This document shows positions 53,772 to 64,000 of a stretch of 64,000 bases of DNA, in pieces. The notes under the pieces were generated by a model. The model was not told the DNA's origin. It did not search any database and saw nothing but the letters and a program-made list of their open reading frames with translations. The DNA is taken from contig OZ241826.1 of the NCBI GenBank assembly GCA_965202585.1, forward strand, positions 72,788,001 through 72,852,000. Direction: 5' to 3'. The translations under genes were made by a program, and so were the position numbers. Numbering within the stretch: the first letter of the stretch is position 1; each line of letters starts with the position of its first letter. This stretch comes from Thalia democratica (lineage: Eukaryota).

Positions 53772-56072
53772 GTAAGTAATTTTATAGCTTATAATCAAAG
53801 TCTTTTCGTTTTTAATTTATGACTTTCACTTTGTAGCTATAATTTTTTTTGCACTGTTTTTTTCAGTTTTGAGGACAATATTTTCGGCTCTTGGCTGTTT
53901 TCTTCAGCCTTTTACTTGGCATTGGCTGTGGCCAAAAGCAACAAAAGGTATCTGTGCGGAAATAGTGTTAGTGGTTTTTATCAACATGGCTACCAGATCA
54001 ATCACACGAAGCATCAACTTGTACTACGAAGACTGGAAAGTGCCTTTGACGATTTTATTGTTGATGGCAACTTGTACGTTGGCTATTGTTTTAGAAAAGA
54101 AGATCAGTAAACAAAAAGAACACGATAAAAATCTAAAAGATGTTGAAAACGATACGAGCTACTCTGAAGAAAGTGGCAACGAAAGTTCTTTAAACAAAAC
54201 TAAACAAAGAAAGAAACTAGAGAAAAAGATATCACTTTTGGTGGTCAATCTTTTGACTCCAGGTTTAGTTTCATGCTTTATGCTGTTTGCCCAGTACTTT
54301 ACTTCTTCTGACTTACTGGTTAGATGGTCGGGTAATACAAGTCCTGAACTGTCATTGCTTGTTCTTTTGTTAAGCTTTGTAACGTCATTACTGATTGCTG
54401 CTTCAATTGAAAACTTTACTTGTTTCACGAAAAAAGACGATAACAAAACAGAACGTTGCGTTTTAAAGGTTAATTTTTTTTTAAAGTTCAGTTTTAAAGT
54501 AGGTTTACGATAGCTTTGAGTACGTTTGTTATGCCTATACAGTTGCACGTCTCTTATAACTGATTTTGAAAAAGTTTTAAATTTATTTTCAAAAACAAAA
54601 AAAGGTATAACTACTTTAAAAATGTTTAGAAAAGTGTTATATAAAATATTAAGTATATATTTGAGCTTTTTTTAGTTTTAAGCTTAACCTAAAAACTTTA
54701 TCACATTTTTTAGGTTCAAAGAAGTTCTATATTGTGCGTCGCTGTCCTCTGTTCGCTGATCATTTTGGGAACATCGCTTTTTATACACGCCGATCCCTCT
54801 TGGTCATTTTTCGGAGCGACACTCTTGGTCGTTGCGCTCCCGTTCGCGTTCACCAAAATTTTACAAAACTTTCTGCTGTCGCAGAGGAACGTGGCTGCGG
54901 AACACCCGTGCTTCTACGGCGTCACCGTCATCCAATGTGGGATGGGGTTCGTTCTCATGCAGCTGTTCGTCGCCTCGTTTTCCGTTCCCAACCTGGCGCC
55001 GTCGCTGGTGGGCAGGCTCGACCTCATCATGTGGACCCAGGTTTCGTTCGTGGTGATTTCCCTTGTCAGCGGCGAGTTGTATCTGAGCCAAAACAGCTTG
55101 AAGTGTGAGCGCGCAGACCAGGGGTATACCAGAACCAACAAAGTGAGAGACTACGCCCGCGTGTCAGCTGTTTTTATCGCCGTTCTGGTGGCGTGGGTTG
55201 CCACGCGCAGCTCGAGCTTAAACTATGAATGCAGTGAGCTTGAGAGAACAAATTTTAGCAACAGTGAGCTTTTAAACGGTAGCGATTGCACTCGAATTCG
55301 AGTGATGACGTGGAACGTTCTTTTGGGGCACCAGATGTCAGGCAGGGACAATACCAAGTGCGTTTCCACGGTAATACATAAATTCCAGCCCCACATCGCC
55401 GCTTTACAGGAGTCCGACCCTCTACCGGTTTACTGGGGCGGTAAAAATTACCTGGCGGCGGTCTCCACGGAGCTGAAAGACTACAAGGTGTTGCAGGGCG
55501 TACCTCCAAAAAGTTCGTCGCTGGGTGTCGGGCTTGTGTCCAAGCTCGAAGTTCTGAGCCACCAGGCGTCGCTGTTGCCCGTCGAGCTGCCAAATCGAGT
55601 TCCCCATTACGCCTACACCAAAACAATCTTCAAAATATGCCAGGACTCGAAGCTGCACGTGATCACCGTCCACGCCGTTTACAAGAACTGGACGGACGAC
55701 GGCGGTCTGGACCAGCTGTCCACCAATCAAGTGAGCAGGATCGCCCGGGAAGCCGACTCGGTGGGCGCCGAAGACGCGGTCATCGTCATGGGCGATTTCA
55801 ACTTGAACCCTTACGAGGAGCAGATGGCGTATCTGAAATGCAAGGGCAGGCTCGAAAGCGCGGTGTACCCGAGAAACCTGCACACTACTTCCACGCTAGA
55901 CGCCCGGTCGAACATTGACAACATTTTCTACAGGAACTTGAAGTTCGATGATGGAGATGCGAGAATTTTGTCGGAAATCGGTCCCATATCTGATCATTTG
56001 CCTGTCGTTGCTGACTTTGTTTTTGACAAAAACTTTGTTAACAGTAATACTTCAAAAACTTTAAGTTGCTGA
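53318..56072 (+). CDS. CWH43-like: CWH43/PGAP2IP-like multipass membrane protein with C-terminal EEP (endonuclease/exonuclease/phosphatase) domain, 804 aa; join(53318..53771,53867..54468,54714..56072)
   Basis: The three track ORFs join in frame through GTAAGT/TTTCAG (phase 1) and GTTAAT/TTTTAG (phase 0) introns. Many hydrophobic segments precede the EEP motifs MTWNV, LQESD, TVH, GDFN, IDNIFY and SDHLPV. N-terminal segments (WHF..., A.L.P.LL, LRTIFSALG, RS...SIN) resemble CWH43 as recalled. Orthology not established. Confidence 0.85.
53867..54468 (+). CDS. CWH43-like exon 2
   Basis: Acceptor TTTTTTTCAG ending at 53866; A+TT gives Ile, then LRTIFSALG; donor AAG|GTTAAT at 54469; phase 0. Confidence 0.85.
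54714..56072 (+). CDS. CWH43-like exon 3 (TM segments plus EEP domain from about 55305)
   Basis: Acceptor TTTTTTAG ending at 54713; VQRSSIL is in frame with track ORF 54732..56072. Confidence 0.92.
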   Translation, partial: VQRSSILCVAVLCSLIILGTSLFIHADPSWSFFGATLLVVALPFAFTKILQNFLLSQRNVAAEHPCFYGVTVIQCGMGFVLMQLFVASFSVPNLAPSLVGRLDLIMWTQVSFVVISLVSGELYLSQNSLKCERADQGYTRTNKVRDYARVSAVFIAVLVAWVATRSSSLNYECSELERTNFSNSELLNGSDCTRIRVMTWNVLLGHQMSGRDNTKCVSTVIHKFQPHIAALQESDPLPVYWGGKNYLAAVSTELKDYKVLQGVPPKSSSLGVGLVSKLEVLSHQASLLPVELPNRVPHYAYTKTIFKICQDSKLHVITVHAVYKNWTDDGGLDQLSTNQVSRIAREADSVGAEDAVIVMGDFNLNPYEEQMAYLKCKGRLESAVYPRNLHTTSTLDARSNIDNIFYRNLKFDDGDARILSEIGPISDHLPVVADFVFDKNFVNSNTSKTLSC

Positions 56073-57233
56073 TTTTTTGGATTTTTTGTTTGTTGTCTAC
56101 TATGTCTTTTAAAATTTAAGTTTTTACTTAAAATAAGAAGAAAATTGTGAAAAATTGCTTTATAATCTAATCTATGGTCGATTAAAAATCAAAATTTAAA
56201 ATTTTCTATTAATTTATACATTAAACTTTGTAAGTAAAGTAAAACTGTGAAAAATAATTTGATTTAAAATATTTTAACTTTTTGTTTTAAGTAAATTCCA
56301 ATAGAGTTGTTTTTAATTTTTTCATCTATAAAGCCTTAGCATTAGTGATTTACGCTTTTTATTTTATTTTTATAAAACAGTTTATGAACCCTATTTTTTT
56401 TTAACATAACGGTATTGTTCCTTTTACTATAAAAACAAAATTAACGCTATTTTAAATAATGAAGCTAGTAAGTTTTTAAAAAAACAACTTTTCCTATACT
56501 AAATGTTGTATTAATTTTTTTAATCATAATAAATTCTTTGAATTTATTCTACCATTTTTATTATTAATTTTGAGCAGTCATTTCAAAAATCACTGTCTAA
56601 ACCTAACTCTTTTAGCTAAAACTTATCTTTTATAAGATAGTTCTTTAATTTACCCTAAATTTTTGCTTCAGTTTGAATTAATTGAAATAGTTCTTTTTTA
56701 TATATCAAACTGTTTATTTTGTACAAACATGTAGTCATTAAATTTTGTTGCAACATGTTTTTCACAAAAATCAAATAACATAAAACTTAAGCGTTTTAAT
56801 ATTATATAAAAGCTAAAGAGTTTTTTTTTTAACTATTACTTTATATTATGATGTAGCCGAATTTAATTATATAAAAAATAACAATATTTAAATATAACCT
56901 TTAAGCTATACTCTATCTGAATATTTTTTTAAGTTTAAAGTTTTTATTACCTTGAGAACCTAAATTATTGTTGTTTATTTTAAATATATTTAATAAAATA
57001 ATTAAATAAACATGAAAATATTTTACTTATTAACCTTTAATAAAAAAATTTTGAAGCGAAAAGTTACAACTTATGGTAATCTAGATAAATAAAATAACAG
57101 TTTTTATTGAACCTTCACTACAACAAATCAATAGTTTACATTTAACTTTTTTATTACATGATCTAACTAAAACCATCTGATTAATAATTTATTATGTGCA
57201 AAATAACTATTTTTGCACGATTACAAATATCAG

Positions 57234-57375
57234 CAGGGTTTTTCAAAATGGACCATATAGCTTCCTTGGAGGTTATTACAGAAATTTAGGGGACCATAAG
57301 CTGCAAAGGGGCCAAAGGGGGCTGTAAGTAGTAAAGGGGCCACATGGTGGCAATGAGGCCATTTTGAAACTTACA
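57234..57375. mobile_element. Possible decayed hAT-type MITE fragment
   Basis: A GC-rich island starting CAGGGTTTTTCAAAATGG, with repeated AAAGGGGCC motifs and CCATTTTGAAAC near the end (partial inverted repeat). Confidence 0.3.
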
Positions 57376-58251
57376 CTAGCTACTAACGATTCTTGACACC
57401 TACTAACTACACAGTAATTATTAGTGTAAAAAACATTTAAAATTTTTTTATCTCAATATACCTGTTTCTGTGTAAAACCACCTTTAAAAAAAAAGTCAAA
57501 TAGGACAAATTTAGTTGACACTAAATAATCTTTAGTGAGCTACTTACAAACATTTAGCTTAATCTAACAAAAAAAGGACATTTTTTACTTTATTGATGTA
57601 TTAAATATTTATTTTTTCTGATGTTTAAGATGTATAAATAAACTTTCCTAAATATACATATTTGCAAGAATAAAACTATTTTTCATAAAAAAGATGACGA
57701 AAAATATAATATTTAAAGAAATATATAAAATAATGAAAAACTTAATATAAAATTACTACAGTAATTTATCAAATATTGTTATTGTTATTAAAGTTTTTCT
57801 AAGCGTAATGCACAAAAATAGCTGTACTTATTTTTATGATAATCAATAGTATTTAGATAAAATTGATTGGATTTTTTGTTCTCTATTTTTTTTTATAAAA
57901 ATCAAAATTACAATGAATAATTAACTTGAAATAAAACATTTATTTACAGACAACTTTTTTATGACTTCTTAGTGAAAACTGTTTCGTAACTTATGAAGAT
58001 ATTTATTATGGTTAAAAAAGGACACTACAGTTACTTCTCACGAATTTATGCACTCGTTTGGTTATGCACTCTCGTTTAATTACGCATTTAAGAATTCTTA
58101 TAAAATACACAAAAAAAGAACAATCTTTAACATTGTAAATTCAATGTATGTATTTAGTTTTTTATATATTTCAAGAAAGTTTCAAGTAAATATTTAGAAA
58201 AATATAGAAGTAGATAATTTTTTGATAAAAATGTAATTTTTGTATTTTTAG

Positions 58252-58308
58252 CTCGTGCCTTTCATAAGGAACCTACTGTTCTCTATGGATTTGCTCTTTG
58301 TATTTTAG
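58252..58308 (+). other. Isolated exon-like segment resembling NDUFA3 exon 2
   Basis: TTTTTAG acceptor; (A)RAFHKEPTVLYGFALCIL(G), phase 1 in and out; weak GTGTCT donor; no flanking exons found. Confidence 0.25.
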
Positions 58309-58320
58309 GTGTCTTAGACC

Positions 58321-58550
58321 GGAATAATACCAAAATCCACTCGCGTTCAAAATGCACCCGATTATTTTTTTTCTTTATTTGTTAATTTATTTTATGCATT
58401 TTTGGCATTATTTTCATTCATTTTTTGTTTATTTTTCACTATCACTGTTACGCCTATCCCTTACTCTAGAACGGTAAGCGGTTCTCGAGTTTGACTGGGT
58501 GGATTTTGATCGAGTGAATTTTGAATGCGGGTGGATTTTGAACGTGTCCC
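58321..58550. mobile_element. MITE-like non-autonomous DNA element, copy 2
   Basis: Aligns along its length with 151-375 (for example ATCACTGTTAC...GGTAAGCGGTTCTCGA...GGGTGGATTTTGAACG); flanks CTTAGACC / CTTAGCCA. Confidence 0.75.
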
Positions 58551-59944
58551 CTTAGCCAACTTTTATGCCTTTAAATCAAACAAGGTTCAATGTTAAGTTC
58601 ATCACAATATTTGACGCATACAGTTTTTTTCAACCTTATAAATATAATTTTTTCTTTCTTTATTCCTTGCCCAGCCTACGTAAGATTAAACTTGTTTCAC
58701 ATAGCAATTATTGTTCACACTTAAACTTTCAATATTGAATAGATTGTCACATATATGTACAATTTGAATGAAAACTTTTTTGTAAACAAAAAAGTGAGAA
58801 AGTCCCAAAACTGTATTTAATCAAATTCATCATAAAAAAACAGTCAATATAGTAAATATATTTGCTACCCCTCGTTGAGTTACCTTCTCGTTTAGTTTCG
58901 CAGTTTCGCTGTGAACAAAATGTGTGTAGATTCGCTAGAGGTGACTGTACTTTAAACTGCTTTAAAAGGTTTTGTTGAAACATATTTTTCTTTGTAGTTG
59001 TTAGTCTTTATACTTTGTAGTTTTTTCAATAACTAGTATACAGACTATTTTTTTACTGATATAACCTATCACAAAATAGATTTGAAACAGTTTCTTTTTA
59101 ACATATATAAAATATTTTGTTATTTAATTCAGCACGCTTTTCAGTTTTGAAAACGTTACTTACATCGTTTATTTTCTACAAAATGAGTTGTTAAAACAAA
59201 TGCTTTAAAAAATTTAATAAAATGTTCATTTTAATATTAAAAAAAATAAGTATGTATAGTCATTAGATAAGAACTTTAAGTAGATGTTTTTTACTTTTTA
59301 CAGCAGTTTTTTAAAATCTAAAGTAGAAGAAAGAATAAGCTAATATAATTAATATTTAAACGAAACTAATTATTATTTCAAAGTTTTTATTCAACTATAT
59401 TATTTTATTTTTTTGTTTTGCTCACCTTAGAGTATTTTAAAACGTTCGACCAAAAAACGATGAGTGTAAACCTAAAAGGTTTTAATGAATATAAAGTATA
59501 AAAGATTGGAAGTATAAAGTTTTGGTAAAAAATGTTTTTTTAAACAAAAAAAAAGTGTTTCTGTTCAAAACTTACATCTTAATTTTTTGATATTGGTTAA
59601 TGATGCTTTACTACTGCTTTTTTCCCCCCCATTTTTTAAAATATAATTTTTCATTGATTACTAATTTTTTTTTCCAAAACCGTAGAATACTTTTTAGTAT
59701 AGTCCCTGCGAGCAATTTATTTTAGAATATTTGAATCATTACTTTAGAAAGGCTGTCGACCCCTGCAACATTGTTTTTTAAATTATACATAAACACATTG
59801 CAACAACTCAGTAAAAATGACCTTCTTTTTGAAATCTTAAAATAAAAGTGAAATAAATAAAAGCCGAGGAAAATAAACCATTTAGAGCCACCAATGTTAT
59901 TTTTTAGATTTAGAATCACCACTTAACAATTTAGGGGCATCATG

Positions 59945-60050
59945 TGGTGTACGACTCGATAATCAAAAGGTTCTTTTGTACACCAGGTCCTTGGACCAAA
60001 AATTTTTAAGCGCTTTTTTTATCGTCCAACATAAAATAGAATACAGCTTT
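59945..60050 (+). repeat. Short dispersed repeat with a central palindrome, copy B
   Basis: CTCGATAATCAAAAGG...CACCAGGTCCTTGGACCAAA aligns with 35690-35790. Confidence 0.55.
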
Positions 60051-62021
60051 TTAGAATGAATCATAAATTTACTTATTCTAGCTAAGCAGGTAAAGTTTTT
60101 ACTCTTAGTTTGTTTTTGAAATACAATGAAAGACTTTACAAAAATTTTAACAATCTTCGGTAAAAGATTGTTGCTTTAACATTTAATGGTTATTATCTTA
60201 CAAAGTTCTGTTTATGACAACACGTTATAGATAAAATATCTAAACTTATATTTATTTTTGAGTTTACTTTATAACATTTAGTTTCTTTATGCACATTTTA
60301 ATACAAAAACTCGATATTCTTCGACTGCCTATTTTTTGAAATGTATACCAGTTTTATGTATATATTTAAAAAAAAACTTTCGAGAACAAAAAAAAACATA
60401 ACAATAGTTCGCATAAGTAAGTTGCTGTACATTGTACAACTTCTACTATTTCCGATAATCAACAAGACTAAGCATGCTTTTCAAGTTCTCTATCGCACAC
60501 TTAAATACTTCAGGAAGTATAAGCACTTGACAAATTTTTGATTACCTCAAGTGTTCTTTGAACTTTATTGTGGAATCATTAACATTTTTTATGACATTTT
60601 GTTTAAATTTTGTATCCAAATAAGTTTTGGCTTACAGATAATAAACATTTATAACTGATAAACATTTTTTAAACAAACTTTGAAAGCTTTAAAGTTTAAT
60701 TTTTGTACTTTAATTTTGTTTTTTTTAGACACATGTTGCTTTCAAACATCGAGTACCAATATAAACAATTCAAGTTAATCAAAACAACAATAAGTACATA
60801 ATGTTTCCTGAAAAAAAATGTTAAATGTTTACAAGTGCTTAATAAAAGAGTTTATTGAGTTTATCACTTGACTTCAGTTTTGGTCGTTCAAAAATGCGAT
60901 GTATGATTTTTTTAACTACTGAAACTTTACACTTTAACATACTTAAAAAGTTGCTACTTATACTAAAGTATTATAATTGTAGTCAAAAATAAACTAAATA
61001 ACTGTAAGTTTAGCTAAAAAGCTACATAATTAAATTTACTCTTATGAATTAATGTTTACCGAAAAACATTTTGTAAACAATTTTCCCCTGATCAAGGATG
61101 TATCTATTAACATCACAAGACTAAATAAAACTAATACAAGTGAGCTAATAACTTAGCTTGTTTTAGAAGTCGTAGTACTTGGAGAAAAGAAAGGGCAAAC
61201 ATACGTAACAAACAAAAGATTTTACGTGAGCTTCCTTGAGTGTGGTTACGTATTGTGTTATCGTAAAGAAGGCTTGTTCTGTTTGTTCAAAGTTTGTTTT
61301 TTGACTTTAAGTCACAAGCAGTTTTGATGTACAGACTTGATGCTGTAGTTATTTTTAATTAAGTATGAAGAGTATGCTAGTATTAAAACTGATTAATATT
61401 AGTTATTATGAAATATTATTTTTCGTTAAAATCATAGAAGCATTTTTTAAATACATACAAACTTTTTATTAAAATTTTGGAAGCCATGTAGAATCTAACT
61501 ACATTTTAATTTGAGAAAAAAGTTTATAACTACTAAATAAAGCTAATATGTTGATATATTAAACTCAGACTCAATTTTATGTTATCTTTATCTAAATTTT
61601 TAAGGCAAACAAAACTTGGCTAGGTTTGAGTTTTTGTTTATTTACTTATTTTGTATCAATAATAATAAAAAACATTTTAAAGCCGTACTTCTGACTTTTT
61701 TGTATGATAACAATAAACTAACAGGCTATCCAAACTTTAAAGTTTTTTTCTCAAAGAAGTTCCTTATAACGTTACTTAGTTTACAACCATGCAATTTATT
61801 TTATTAAAAGTAAAAGTAGTCTTAAAAGCTGTCTTATGTGATTATGAAAAAAAAGCAGCGTATAAATTAAATCTCTGAACTGTTTAAAGTATAACGAAAT
61901 GTCAGTAAATAGTTTAAGTAGCAACCTTACTGTAGTGTTTTTGTAAAGTGTTACATATACAAAAAAAAAACTGTTAGCCAAAATTAGTACTTGAATACAG
62001 ATCTTGATTTTTGATATGTAA

Positions 62022-63959
<1,938 letters not shown>

Positions 63960-64000
63960 GTAAGTTTATGTAACAAGTTCAAATGTACAAAAGTATTTTT

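Noticed and set aside
53326-55918. Overlapping alternative-frame and antisense ORFs (53326, 53916, 54159, 54734, 54832, 54861, 54914, 55255, 55422, 55637)
   Set aside because: Expected by-products of the GC-rich CWH43-like CDS; no motifs or splice support.

Overview
Very AT-rich, intron-containing animal genomic DNA with GT-AG splicing. The gene content is compatible with a tunicate or other invertebrate, but the sequence alone cannot prove that. Three protein-coding genes can be built by hand. (1) A highly divergent secreted FGF-like gene on the minus strand: 4 coding exons, 20552->17021, 262 aa, with FGF-type intron positions and phases and a long K/R-rich tail. The ORF track shows only its last exon. 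(2) A 3-exon, 804-aa CWH43/PGAP2IP-like multipass membrane protein with a C-terminal EEP domain that keeps the full catalytic motif set (53318-56072, +). (3) The 5' part of a ZNF474-like C2HC zinc-finger gene (62040 to beyond the window end, +). About 30 kb between the FGF-like and CWH43-like genes has no confident gene. It holds CpG-rich patches, two Penelope-like GIY-YIG relics, a degenerate Kelch fragment, non-autonomous DNA-transposon remnants and one pre-miRNA-like hairpin. The left 15 kb has several CpG-rich patches carrying six RFX X-box-like motifs but no recognisable ciliary CDS. Most other ORFs in the supplied track are low-complexity noise or shadow frames of the real exons.
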